Shown here: positions 26,486 through 35,470 of the stretch, in pieces | Position numbering within the stretch: the first letter of the stretch is position 1 | Layout: each line of letters starts with the position of its first letter | Virus record (IMG/VR): IMGVR_UViG_3300020045_002142 | Coordinates: 1-46,968 of that record | From: a virus | Taxonomy: Duplodnaviria > Caudoviricetes | Strand: one strand, 5' to 3' | Length of the DNA stretch: 46,968 bases | Notes under the pieces: model-generated | What the model was told of the DNA's origin: nothing | Database searches by the model: none | The model's input: the letters and a program-made list of their open reading frames with translations, nothing else | Position numbers and translations under genes: made by a program

Positions 26486-27180
26486 ACTGCACCTTCTTCG
26501 CTAATGGGCTTGATTCCGTTTTTGGCACGGACGAACTCAGCAAGATTTTTGCCCGCCGATAGATCAATCCCGTCAACATACATTGGGACGTTTCTGCATT
26601 GATCGCAGCGTAGAAAGCTGTTGTAGCCGTTGTTGTCTAGACGGTATGAACCTAGCCCGCACACACCACAGAGCTTGTCAAGCTGGTCAGCGTGTGCTGC
26701 CCGCGCCTCCTTGATTTTCCGCGCCTGCAAGTCCCCCCATAACTTTTGGATCTCGGCATCCATCAGCGGCTGCTCCGTCCTACCCTCATTAATGAGGGGA
26801 CCATACGGTGCCTCTACTGGCGGCGCTACGGCGAACACAAGGGGATTTGTGTAGCCCTCGACTAATTCGGTTCGCCCAGCAGAAATCCATCCCTGTTTTT
26901 CATCGTCCACCATCGCCTTCATTCCGTCATCGCGCATCCAAGCCACCGGCTGCGCACACTGTTGGGGTGGCTGGGCTGCCGCATCCTGCTGAGCCATGCG
27001 AAGCAGTTGACCAAGACACTTGAAGTGGTACTTAGCAACAGTCGTCCATGCCCCATCTACCTCGGTCTCTAGACGCATGTACGTGTGCACTGCGGCAGCA
27101 AGCGACCCTTGCACCACAGGTACTGCACGTTGTGCGTGAATATGTTCTTCAGTACGGGCCATCATTGCCTCCGCAAGCAT
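26482..27180 (-). CDS. Hypothetical mosaic phage protein
   Basis: QPVAWM motif; C-terminal CGVC...CDQC. Confidence 0.55.
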   Translation of the reverse strand: MLAEAMMARTEEHIHAQRAVPVVQGSLAAAVHTYMRLETEVDGAWTTVAKYHFKCLGQLLRMAQQDAAAQPPQQCAQPVAWMRDDGMKAMVDDEKQGWISAGRTELVEGYTNPLVFAVAPPVEAPYGPLINEGRTEQPLMDAEIQKLWGDLQARKIKEARAAHADQLDKLCGVCGLGSYRLDNNGYNSFLRCDQCRNVPMYVDGIDLSAGKNLAEFVRAKNGIKPISEEGAV

Positions 27181-27442
27181 CTCTCAGATTTTGTGCATGG
27201 TATTCATCCGTACACCGACGCTCGTAATCGTCGTTCATGTAGGATTTCTCACTGTCGCTTGTGGCCTTCAAGTCCTTTTGCAGCTTCTCAATTGTCTGCG
27301 CCTGTTCTCGCACAAATATCGCCGCTTCTTTATGGGCAGCATTGGCGTAGTGCTCAAGATAGCCTGCAACTTGCTCTGCGCTTGAAAACCGGGCGCTGCT
27401 AGGCTCTGAGTGGCCAGGCATTTCTGGGTAATCCATATTCAT
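27149..27442 (-). CDS. Hypothetical protein
   Basis: SD AAAGGA before MNMDYPEM...; coiled-coil segment. Confidence 0.5.
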   Translation of the reverse strand: MNMDYPEMPGHSEPSSARFSSAEQVAGYLEHYANAAHKEAAIFVREQAQTIEKLQKDLKATSDSEKSYMNDDYERRCTDEYHAQNLRDACGGNDGPY

Positions 27443-27450
27443 TCCTTTGG

Positions 27451-27930
27451 TTATAAAAGCGGAATCCGTCGAACGGCCACGGCACGAAACTCGCCGTCCT
27501 TGATGAGCCAACCGCTGCCGCCGTACTCGAAGTCCTGCACACAGGCGCTGCGGCGGGAGTACTGCGTGCTGCTCCAGTAGTAGCCCGACTTTTTGAACAG
27601 ATGCGGTGCGCACAGCCAGGCCAGAAACAACTCGGCCCGGCTGGGCAGGTAAAAGTCGGCATGGTCCTCTGCGCGCACGCTGGCAGCCCATTGGGCGGCA
27701 GGGTGGGGCTTGCTGTCGGCCAGCAGGGCGGCGGTGTTGGATGCGCCATCGTGCTGGCTAGCTGCGCCGGGGGTGTCGTGGCCGCTACCGCCGTACTCCA
27801 GGTCTTTGGCCTCTTCTTGTGCCCGCACCAGGTGGTAACCCGGTGTGCCCTTGATGGGTGGCATGGTGCCGATGTAGTAGCCGCCCTGGCCTTGCCACAC
27901 CTCGCCCTGGGCCGGTATGCATTGGGTCAT
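27451..27930 (-). CDS. DUF1566 (C-type-lectin-fold) protein; possible in-frame upstream start at 28080
   Basis: DGASNT..L, HPAAQW, DFYLPSRAEL, YYWSSTQYS...QDF..G...RAVAVRR; GC-rich; SD AAGGAG. Confidence 0.85.
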   Translation of the reverse strand: MTQCIPAQGEVWQGQGGYYIGTMPPIKGTPGYHLVRAQEEAKDLEYGGSGHDTPGAASQHDGASNTAALLADSKPHPAAQWAASVRAEDHADFYLPSRAELFLAWLCAPHLFKKSGYYWSSTQYSRRSACVQDFEYGGSGWLIKDGEFRAVAVRRIPLL

Positions 27931-28096
27931 GGCTTTTCTCCTTGGGGGGATGCAGGCTTTCGCTGATAGTCGCAATCGCCAGAATAGCCACATGGCTTTC
28001 GGCTTCACCAATCCGCTTACGGCGCAGGTAAAAATTTGGATTGTCTTGAGTTCAGTCGAAACAAAAGGTTTGACGTTCATGGCTTTTCTCCTTGGG
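27927..28096. repeat. 20-bp direct repeat of RBS plus start codon (CCCAAGGAGAAAAGCCATGA on the minus strand)
   Basis: Identical copies at 27927-27946 and 28077-28096; 14-bp partial copy at 28244-28257. Confidence 0.85.
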
Positions 28097-28241
28097 CTTT
28101 AACTCTTATCAGTACGTCGGGCCTCACTACTACAAAAACCCTTTCGCTTCCTTCTCTAAATGCAATAACGCGCTCGCAGCCATTCAGTGCAAGCCAACGG
28201 ATTACAAATAAGGGTAATATTTCAGTCCACTTTGAAAGCAT
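28077..28241 (-). CDS. Small hypothetical protein (54 aa)
   Basis: Hand translation MLSKWTEILPLFVIRWLA...; TAATG and ATGA couplings. Confidence 0.5.
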   Translation of the reverse strand: MLSKWTEILPLFVIRWLALNGCERVIAFREGSERVFVVVRPDVLIRVKAQGEKP

Positions 28242-28606
28242 TACTTTTCTCCTTGGGTTATCCCGTAAATCTCAAGCACCTTGGCAGGCGGGTTTCCTTC
28301 GGCTATGAAGTACTTGTCTTTGGTGTTTGGCTCTTTTCGGATTAGCCAACTTGCCGCTGGTGCCGTGACTCGTGGCTGGGGCGGGTGCATGTAGAGTGGC
28401 TCCCATACTTTTGCAAAAGGTCTTTTTCCATCTTTTGCCGGAAGGCAAAACTGCCCGCCTTTCGGTGTCCAATAAGCCACAGGCTCTACCGCCTGAGCAA
28501 TCTCGGCATCCAGTGCTTTGCGTAGCTCTGCTACGTTCTGGTTAAGGTAGGTGGGTAAATGCTGGTCAACCAGTGCTTTGGCTGCTTTTTGTAGGGGTGT
28601 TGTCAT
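28241..28606 (-). CDS. Hypothetical phage protein
   Basis: MTTPLQKAAKAL...EPVAY...PLYMHP motif. Confidence 0.6.
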   Translation of the reverse strand: MTTPLQKAAKALVDQHLPTYLNQNVAELRKALDAEIAQAVEPVAYWTPKGGQFCLPAKDGKRPFAKVWEPLYMHPPQPRVTAPAASWLIRKEPNTKDKYFIAEGNPPAKVLEIYGITQGEK

Positions 28607-28848
28607 GGTTTCAAACTCCTGATTTTTCCAGCACATACAAGTGCAATAGCGTTTCCCGTCGATGGATATGTCAGTTGATCTGCTTGAGATTCGCAAGCAG
28701 ATGCAGCCGCATCAAGTGCCACTTGAGCACACTCTCGGCCATAAGCATCCATTTGTAAGTGAGAAAACGAGTGTGTAAATCCGTGGGCATTGCGCCTGAC
28801 ATGTACGGCTTCGGGTAGTGGTGGCATAGTCATTTGGTCTTTATTCAT
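28603..28848 (-). CDS. Hypothetical phage protein
   Basis: MPPLPE...QMDAYGREC...CAGKIRSLK motif. Confidence 0.6.
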   Translation of the reverse strand: MNKDQMTMPPLPEAVHVRRNAHGFTHSFSHLQMDAYGRECAQVALDAAASACESQADQLTYPSTGNAIALVCAGKIRSLKP

Positions 28849-28943
28849 AATCACTCCCCATGCCATAAGACATAAATTTACCAAAAAGTAAAGCAAAGCC
28901 AAAAGATACGCAAACCCATGATAGAAAATAGATAAGTAGCATG

Positions 28944-29084
28944 TTATTCCTTATCAAATTCTTCGCGGGCGGCTTTTTTGGTGATGCCGAACATCTTGCA
29001 GTGGTAAACACCGTCTACGTATTTATCAGCGAAGAATCCTTTTTTTCCGTTGTAGGTAACGGCTTCGTATGTATATGTTGTCAT
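28944..29084 (-). CDS. Small hypothetical early protein (46 aa)
   Basis: SD AAGGA; MTTYTYEAVTYNGKKGFF... Confidence 0.5.
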   Translation of the reverse strand: MTTYTYEAVTYNGKKGFFADKYVDGVYHCKMFGITKKAAREEFDKE

Positions 29085-29128
29085 GGTTTCCTTTTTGCCC
29101 GCTATTGAGGCGGGATGGTTACAGTGTT

Positions 29129-29287
29129 TCAGATTTGTATGTTGGAAAGTTCATAAGGTTTGTATTCTGATTTTGTCTTGCCACTTGCGATGGCTTCTAG
29201 AGCCTCGCTATATTCTGCATAGTCATCATCTCCTAGGTTGTTTCTTAGGTAACGATCAATAAATTCGTATGCATATGATGCGTCCAT
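29129..29287 (-). CDS. Small hypothetical early protein (52 aa)
   Basis: SD AGGAG; MDASYAYEFIDRYLRNNL... Confidence 0.55.
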   Translation of the reverse strand: MDASYAYEFIDRYLRNNLGDDDYAEYSEALEAIASGKTKSEYKPYELSNIQI

Positions 29288-29319
29288 TTCAACTCCTGAA
29301 AGACCCGTAGGGCCGTTAT

Positions 29320-29490
29320 TTAGATTGCTTGCAGTGCAGACTCATGAAAAGCCATCTCTCCGCGTCCTGCTTTGCCTGTTATTGGGTTGTAGGGCTTAAC
29401 TTGAACCAGTAACTCGCCTGCAACTGTTCGGTATCCAAGAACGATAAACTGGCCAAACTTTGCTTTTACGATTTGGTTTGCGTTGAACAT
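29320..29490 (-). CDS. Small hypothetical early protein (56 aa)
   Basis: SD GAGGT; first ORF of the leftward operon, divergent from the primase. Confidence 0.6.
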   Translation of the reverse strand: MFNANQIVKAKFGQFIVLGYRTVAGELLVQVKPYNPITGKAGRGEMAFHESALQAI

Positions 29491-29625
29491 TTTGTTTACC
29501 TCGTTTCGTTGTTGATGCCTCTATTGTGCCACAAACAACCATGCTAGGCGTAAAAATTTAAACTTTTTTTGCACACGCTTTCACGCATAGAATCGCGGCT
29601 TTGTGTCAGTCAACTAAAGGAAAGC

Positions 29626-31650
29626 ATGAGCAGTCTAAAAAGCATCTTCCCCAATGGCTTTGTGCCACCCGTAGAGATGCCACTCTTACCGCCTGAGCAC
29701 CAGCTACGCGTGGCTATGTCAGACGCTGGTATCCAGCCTCCTGATGATCTCATATTAGATGGTACGCTGCGCCGCTTTATTACCACTAGTAAGGCCAAGG
29801 ACAAATCTGGGTGGTACGTGGTCCACGATGGCGACATTGCAGCGGGGGCATTCGGAGATTGGAAAACCGGGCAGGAATGCCACTTCCGCGCTGACATTGG
29901 GCGTGACTTGACTTTTCAAGAGTCGGCTATGCATACCCGGCGCATCGCGGATGCTAAGGCGAAGCGTGATAAAGAGCTAGCCGAATCGCGGGAATACGCA
30001 GCGCACCAGGCCGGGCTATTGTGGGGTGCCGCGCAGCTTGCTAGCGACGATCACCCTTATATCAAGCGTAAGGGCATCACGAACCCCGGCTGGCGCATAG
30101 CACCAGATGGGCGGCTAATGGCTCCTATGCTGATAGATGGCGAGATATCTGGCCTGCAATACATTGCAGACGATGGCGCCAAGCTATTTATGAAGGGTTC
30201 TAAGACCGGTGGGGCTAGCTGGTCTATTGGACCCGATTACACGGCAGGGGATGGCCGCATATATATATGTGAGGGTATCGCCACGGCTGCATCTATTTTT
30301 GAGGCAACGGGGCGAGCGGTGGTGGTTAGCTACTCAGCGGGTAATTTGCCAGCTACTGCTCAGGCTGTACGGGCGGCAGTGGGGCCGTTGCGGGATCTCG
30401 TTATCGTGGCCGATCATGATGATTCCGGCGTGGGTAAGCGTGAGGCAGATAAGGCGGCTGCGCTCGTGGGGGCTACGGTAGTAATGCCGGATAGCGGGGA
30501 TGCTAACGACTTTGCGCAGGCGGGGGGAGATTTAGCTGGGTTGCTGGAGCCAGTGGAATCCATGACTGCGGCAACTGAGCGCCTGAATGTTGTCTTTGCG
30601 GATTCGCTGGGTTCTGAATTCAATCCACCCGATGAACTAGTTGAAGGGCTTCTAACCGTGGGGGCATCGTCGGTGGTGTACGGCGATTCAAACTCAGGCA
30701 AGACGTTCTTTGTATTAGATATGGGCTGCGCTATTGCCCGTGGTGTCGAGTGGATGGGCCGCAAGACTGAGCCAGGCTTGGTAATATATCTTGCCACTGA
30801 GGCCCCGACATCTATTAAGACACGGATTCAGGCTTATCAAAAATACCATAATTGCACTGTGCCTAATTTTGCCATCGTTCAAACCCCTGTTAATTTTCAC
30901 CGTGATAATAAAGACGCGAAGGATATTGTCACAATGGTGGAGGAAGTAGAGGCGGCATTAGGACAGAAAGCCCGATTAATAGTGGGGGATACTTTGGCCC
31001 GCATTAGTTCGGGTGCTAATGAGAATAGCGGCGATGATATGGGGCCTATTATGGAGCGATTTGATTATCTAGCCCGTAAATCAGGCGCTCATGTTTTGAT
31101 TATTCACCACAACGGAAAAGACGCGGCAAAGGGTGCACGTGGTTGGTCTGGTATTCGTGCGCACATTGATACTGAGATTGAATTGAAAGATGAAAACAAT
31201 ATTAGAACTGCGAGTATTACCAAGCAGCGCGAACTAGGCGGCAAGGGTGATAATATTTGTTTCAAACTTGACGTGGTTGAAATGGGTGTAACTAAGTGGG
31301 GTAAGCCAGCTACTTCTTGCGTCGTGGTGCAGGATGCGGAGAAGGAGCAAGCGCTTACCAATGCAGAGCCTGAGAAGGTCGCTAAGGCCCGCAAGAGCTT
31401 TGAGGCGGCCTTAATTAAGTATGGATACATTGATGCAGACAAGATGCTATACGTGACTTCGGACAATTGGATGCAGTGCGAGGTCGAAGAAAACCGTCAT
31501 CTGAAGGAGATCACATGCCGACAATACATCACCAAAACAGACCGCTACCCAGCTTATTTAGAGGGTCATATCAAGCCAAAAAACGGCGGGTATGCAGTCC
31601 ATGATGAGTCAAAATTTCAGGGAATCCGGCTTTTGATGGGTAAGTTTTGA
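29626..31650 (+). CDS. DNA primase-helicase (Toprim plus RepA/AAA_25 domain)
   Basis: DKSGWY...GAFGDWK, ICEGIATA, IVADHD, DAND; Walker A GDSNSGKT, IVGDTL, IIHHNGKD...ARG; SD AAGGA. Confidence 0.92.
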   Translation: MSSLKSIFPNGFVPPVEMPLLPPEHQLRVAMSDAGIQPPDDLILDGTLRRFITTSKAKDKSGWYVVHDGDIAAGAFGDWKTGQECHFRADIGRDLTFQESAMHTRRIADAKAKRDKELAESREYAAHQAGLLWGAAQLASDDHPYIKRKGITNPGWRIAPDGRLMAPMLIDGEISGLQYIADDGAKLFMKGSKTGGASWSIGPDYTAGDGRIYICEGIATAASIFEATGRAVVVSYSAGNLPATAQAVRAAVGPLRDLVIVADHDDSGVGKREADKAAALVGATVVMPDSGDANDFAQAGGDLAGLLEPVESMTAATERLNVVFADSLGSEFNPPDELVEGLLTVGASSVVYGDSNSGKTFFVLDMGCAIARGVEWMGRKTEPGLVIYLATEAPTSIKTRIQAYQKYHNCTVPNFAIVQTPVNFHRDNKDAKDIVTMVEEVEAALGQKARLIVGDTLARISSGANENSGDDMGPIMERFDYLARKSGAHVLIIHHNGKDAAKGARGWSGIRAHIDTEIELKDENNIRTASITKQRELGGKGDNICFKLDVVEMGVTKWGKPATSCVVVQDAEKEQALTNAEPEKVAKARKSFEAALIKYGYIDADKMLYVTSDNWMQCEVEENRHLKEITCRQYITKTDRYPAYLEGHIKPKNGGYAVHDESKFQGIRLLMGKF

Positions 31651-31661
31651 GCTACAATCCA

Positions 31662-31790
31662 AGAGACACAAAGACAATCGAGAGACAATGAGGGACTGTC
31701 TTAAGCTGTCTTATACCCTGTATTAGTGAAAGACACGAGAGACACACCACTATAGTGGGGTGTCTATCGGTGTCTTCACAAAATAAGACG
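31662..31790. repeat. Candidate replication origin: AGACA iterons and a long inverted repeat
   Basis: About nine AGACA/TGTCT copies; palindrome TGAAAGACAC...AGACACACCAC-TATA-GTGGGGTGTCT...GTGTCTTCA at 31727-31778. Confidence 0.6.
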
Positions 31791-31851
31791 TGTTGGCATT
31801 GTTGTAATGGGACACCTTTTACGGTACAATGAGACACATTAAAGGAGCCTT

Positions 31852-32178
31852 ATGGATAGCAAACAATTTATGAAAAATTTTGAGTCTTTGATCTCTGATC
31901 TTGATGAACATGATGATGTAAAAAAAGACTTATTCGGATATGCAATCGCAGCATTTGGAATCCATAAAATTGATTGTGGTTTTTACTCAAGCGAAGCTCA
32001 AAGAGAAAGACGAAAGCGAGTTTTGTGCGTAGATTCACAATCAGAGTTCGAATCTTTATTCAATGCCTCAAAGTGGCTTAAATCAAATGGATGGCCAAAC
32101 GCAGATAGATCAGTACTTTCGCGTGCGGCTCGTGGTGTCAATAAAAAAGCGTATGGTTTTACATGGAAGTACATCTAA
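31852..32178 (+). CDS. Protein with a C-terminal NUMOD1-like DNA-binding domain
   Basis: KRVLCVD...FESLFNASKWL...LSRAARG..KKAYGFTWKY; SD AAGGAG. Confidence 0.65.
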   Translation: MDSKQFMKNFESLISDLDEHDDVKKDLFGYAIAAFGIHKIDCGFYSSEAQRERRKRVLCVDSQSEFESLFNASKWLKSNGWPNADRSVLSRAARGVNKKAYGFTWKYI

Positions 32179-32312
32179 ACTAAGCTACAATACAAACAAC
32201 TAACCAAGCGGTCATAGGTTCTCTGCCTCTCCTACCGCGTTGAGCGTGCCAGCCGGGTGCGCGTCTTTGGTTAGAACCCGGCTCCTTATCAACTATTCAA
32301 ACGGATTAATAT

Positions 32313-32723
32313 ATGACTGCTTTAAATAAACAGGTATCTGGTACGCATTACAAAGAATTGGCTATTCAGCCTATTGAATATATCCACGCTAATGGATTGG
32401 ATTTCTTTCAGGGTAATGTGGTGAAATATGTCACCCGGCATAAAGCCAAGAATGGAAAGGCTGATATTGAAAAAGCAATTCATTATCTAGAAATGATTTT
32501 GCAGTTTCAATATGGCGAAGAGGCTAATGCAATAGATTTACCTATTATTGGCGATGGTTGGATTGAATGGAATGGCGGTCAAAGGCCATTAGATTATCAT
32601 AAAATTGTTTTAGTTAAATTTAGAGATAATATTCAGCAACCAATGCAAATAATCGCAGGTAGGTTTTCATGGATACATAATAATGATTCTAATGATATTT
32701 TCGCTTACAAAGAATTAAAGTAA
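32313..32723 (+). CDS. DUF3310 family protein (T7 gp1.7/SaV-like) with an extra C-terminal domain
   Basis: QVSGTHYK...IQPIEYI...FFQGNVVKYVTR...KNGKADIEKAIHYL; GWIEWNGG..P tail. Confidence 0.85.
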   Translation: MTALNKQVSGTHYKELAIQPIEYIHANGLDFFQGNVVKYVTRHKAKNGKADIEKAIHYLEMILQFQYGEEANAIDLPIIGDGWIEWNGGQRPLDYHKIVLVKFRDNIQQPMQIIAGRFSWIHNNDSNDIFAYKELK

Positions 32724-33040
32724 TGCGGCCAGTAGGACAGCGAATCATTCTAGCTATGCAACTGCTAGAGCGTGAGGGTCCGTGCGGCTATCGCGTGATT
32801 AGTGATTACATGAATTTCGTACAAAAAGAAAACGTGGCAAAGTACCTTTCCCGCGCCGTAGGATTAGGGCTTGCTACGGTGGATAGGTCCAGAGGTGTAA
32901 AGATGTTTTCTGCGGTTGATGGATGGCGTGATAACTTGCATCAACACTCTACTACGCGCAGTAAGCCGGTGAAGGCTGTTAAGGATGTGGTAGTTCATAG
33001 GGCTATGGTTAACAGTGTTTGGGCGCTGGGTGGCATGTAA
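32723..33040 (+). CDS. Hypothetical protein, possibly a winged-helix regulator
   Basis: wHTH-like pattern (NVAKYLSRAVGLGLA); ends NSVWALG. Confidence 0.6.
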   Translation: MRPVGQRIILAMQLLEREGPCGYRVISDYMNFVQKENVAKYLSRAVGLGLATVDRSRGVKMFSAVDGWRDNLHQHSTTRSKPVKAVKDVVVHRAMVNSVWALGGM

Positions 33041-33054
33041 GTTACAATGACGAT

Positions 33055-33459
33055 ATGACTAAAGAGCTAACCCCAAAACAAGAGGCATTCGCGCAAGCAG
33101 TTGCGTCGGGTTTAACTCAGTCTGATTCTTATCGGAAGGCTTATACTGTTAGGCCGGATACTAAGCCTGAGAGCGTTAACAGCAAAGCGTCACACATTAT
33201 GGCTGAGGTACACATTCAGGCAAGGGTGAAAGAGTTGCGAGAACGTGGCGCAGATAATGCCGTTTTGACGCGTGAGGCGCACCTTGAAGAGCTTAAAAGA
33301 CTCAAGGGTATAGCCCTGGAGCTTGAAGACATTAAAGCGGCTATAAACGCCGAACAACTGCGCGGTAAGGTAATGGGGCATTACATCGAGAGGCAGGAGG
33401 TTACCGGGGCTAATGGCACGCCACTTATCCCTCGCCCGGTTTATAACATCGTCGGGTAA
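33055..33459 (+). CDS. terS: Terminase small subunit
   Basis: LTPKQEAFAQ...SYRKAY...IQARVKEL, EVTGANGTPL; coupled to terL. Confidence 0.9.
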   Translation: MTKELTPKQEAFAQAVASGLTQSDSYRKAYTVRPDTKPESVNSKASHIMAEVHIQARVKELRERGADNAVLTREAHLEELKRLKGIALELEDIKAAINAEQLRGKVMGHYIERQEVTGANGTPLIPRPVYNIVG

Positions 33460-34877
33460 TGACAGATCCTGAGTTACCTACTGACATTTTCCCAGCTTAC
33501 CGTGAATACTTGCAAGACGCACGGTTTAAAGTGGCCTACGGTGGCCGGGGTAGCGCTAAGACTCGCACATTTGTAAGCCTGCTAACAAATAACGTGCTTT
33601 GCCACGGTTGGCGCGTTGTTGCCTTCCGTGAGTTGATGGAGTCAATCGCTGACTCTGTTTATCAAGAGTTCGTGGCTGACATTGAACGGCGCGGCCTTGG
33701 TCACTTTTTCAGAATCCTAAAGACTCACATTGAATGCCCCGCGTCTGGTGGTGTCATTCGTTTCAGTGGTATCAAGTCAAACCAAAAGCGCCTTGACAGT
33801 CAGAAGCTGAAAGGTTTCTCTGACTTTGACTGCGCATGGTTCGAGGAGGCGGACGCGGTTTCTAAGGAGTCGTGGGATGCGGTTATCCCTACCATGCGCA
33901 AGGCTGGTTCCGAGATATGGGTTAGCTACAACCCTAAGTCAATCCTTGACGAAACGCATAAGCGGTTTGTTTTAAATCGGCAGTACCCGGATTACAAAGA
34001 CGGCAAACGTTATTGCATTGTCAAAAAGATCAACTACACCGAAAACCCACGATTCCCAAAGGAATTGCAGGATGATATGGAGTTGATGCGTGAGACTGAT
34101 TTTGAGGCATACCGGCATATCTACGGCGGCGAACCCGTCGCTAACTCTGATCTGTCAGTCATTCAACCGGCTTGGATAAGCGCAGCTGTTGACGCTCACA
34201 TCAAACTTAGCATTGAACCAAGTGGCCGCAAAGAAGGCGGGTTTGACGTGGCCGACGAAGGACCAGACGCTAACGCCTTGATATTCAGGCAAGGTATCGT
34301 GGCCACGCACGCTGAAGAATGGCGAGATAAAGACCCTGTAAGCGCAGCGGCTCACGCTCATGCCAGGTGCCTTGATATTGGAATTGAATACCTGCGATAC
34401 GATGATATTGGTGTGGGTGCTGGTGCCAAGGGGCAGTTTAGGTTGCTTCAGCAGTCAGAGATTGACCAGTTACACCGGGGATTTACACGCGTGCAAACCG
34501 AAGGTTTTAATGCTGGCGGATCCGTTGTCAATCCTGATCTTGACTACATGCCTGGTAAGACCAACAAAGAAATGTTTTACAACGCTAAGGCGCAGGCTTG
34601 GTGGTTGGTGGCTGATCGGTTTCGTAATACTTACAACGCGGTCAATGGCAAGCCCCATGATGCTGACAAACTTATTAGCCTGTCAGGTAGCCTACATGGT
34701 CTAGATAAGCTTTGCGCAGAGCTATCGCAGCCACAGCGTGACTATATGAATGGTAAGGTAAAGGTCGAATCCAAGTCAGACATGAAGAAGCGAGGCGTAT
34801 CGTCGCCTAATCTAGCCGATGCTCTTATCATGGCGTATCTTGAGAATGGAGCGGTTAGCTGGTCCGTATGGTCGTAA
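33459..34877 (+). CDS. terL: Terminase large subunit (PBSX type)
   Basis: YGGRGSAKT, WFEEA, PTMRKAGSEIWVSYNP, GFDVADEG.D, SPNLADAL. Confidence 0.95.
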   Translation: MTDPELPTDIFPAYREYLQDARFKVAYGGRGSAKTRTFVSLLTNNVLCHGWRVVAFRELMESIADSVYQEFVADIERRGLGHFFRILKTHIECPASGGVIRFSGIKSNQKRLDSQKLKGFSDFDCAWFEEADAVSKESWDAVIPTMRKAGSEIWVSYNPKSILDETHKRFVLNRQYPDYKDGKRYCIVKKINYTENPRFPKELQDDMELMRETDFEAYRHIYGGEPVANSDLSVIQPAWISAAVDAHIKLSIEPSGRKEGGFDVADEGPDANALIFRQGIVATHAEEWRDKDPVSAAAHAHARCLDIGIEYLRYDDIGVGAGAKGQFRLLQQSEIDQLHRGFTRVQTEGFNAGGSVVNPDLDYMPGKTNKEMFYNAKAQAWWLVADRFRNTYNAVNGKPHDADKLISLSGSLHGLDKLCAELSQPQRDYMNGKVKVESKSDMKKRGVSSPNLADALIMAYLENGAVSWSVWS

Positions 34878-34897
34878 AAAAAGCCCAGAAGGGCTTT
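34876..34897. terminator. Terminator between terL and the convergent island
   Basis: aaaaaaagccc-agaa-gggcttt. Confidence 0.7.
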
Positions 34898-34907
34898 AGT
34901 TAATGGA

Positions 34908-35120
34908 TTAGGTCAACAATGCATCTGCATCAATGGCAGATCGCAACATAACCGCGATGCGGTCGGCCATTGGAGAGTAATGGCTATTAGTCAGCGAAGC
35001 GTGAAAAGCAGTCACAAGATTGTGACGCTGAAACGGGCTATTGAGCCAAGCGCGAGACAATGCAGGATCAATGTCTGCGATTAGTGTAGCTGCTTGGTTG
35101 ATTGTGATTGCGTTGGTCAT
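34908..35120 (-). CDS. Hypothetical protein
   Basis: Follows a TACAAT promoter at ~35152-35157. Confidence 0.5.
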   Translation of the reverse strand: MTNAITINQAATLIADIDPALSRAWLNSPFQRHNLVTAFHASLTNSHYSPMADRIAVMLRSAIDADALLT

Positions 35121-35182
35121 TTCGTATTCCACTGTTTTGAGTTGATAAACAATTGTAGCACACACAAAACAGGGAAACGACT

Positions 35183-35470
35183 TTAATCAACAAGTTCTAA
35201 ATCTTTTTCTAGAACTTTAGGCTCCACCGGCTCAGGCTCCACCACTTCAAGCCAGTGCAGCAGGCAGTCAACGCTGTTGCCAACGGCCCCATAGCTGCTA
35301 ATCAAATCAGTACCACTTACGCGCCACACGGGTGACGTGCCGCCCGCTAGCATGGGGTAGAGGCTTACAGTAGTAACCATTTTGCCAAGATTGGGCGACT
35401 TCCCTAAGCGGTTTTCATGCGCCCATGAGCCTATGATTCGGCATAGCTGGCCGGGTTTTGTGGGGGTCAT
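35183..35470 (-). CDS. Hypothetical phage protein
   Basis: KPGQLCRII...NLGKMVT motif; ATGA coupling. Confidence 0.6.
   Translation of the reverse strand: MTPTKPGQLCRIIGSWAHENRLGKSPNLGKMVTTVSLYPMLAGGTSPVWRVSGTDLISSYGAVGNSVDCLLHWLEVVEPEPVEPKVLEKDLELVD

Noticed and set aside
27451-27600. Complete diversity-generating retroelement
   Set aside because: No reverse transcriptase, Avd or template repeat seen anywhere in the genome.
29490-29626. Lysogeny switch (cI/cro) at the divergent junction
   Set aside because: No HTH repressor, integrase or partition genes identified here or elsewhere in the genome.
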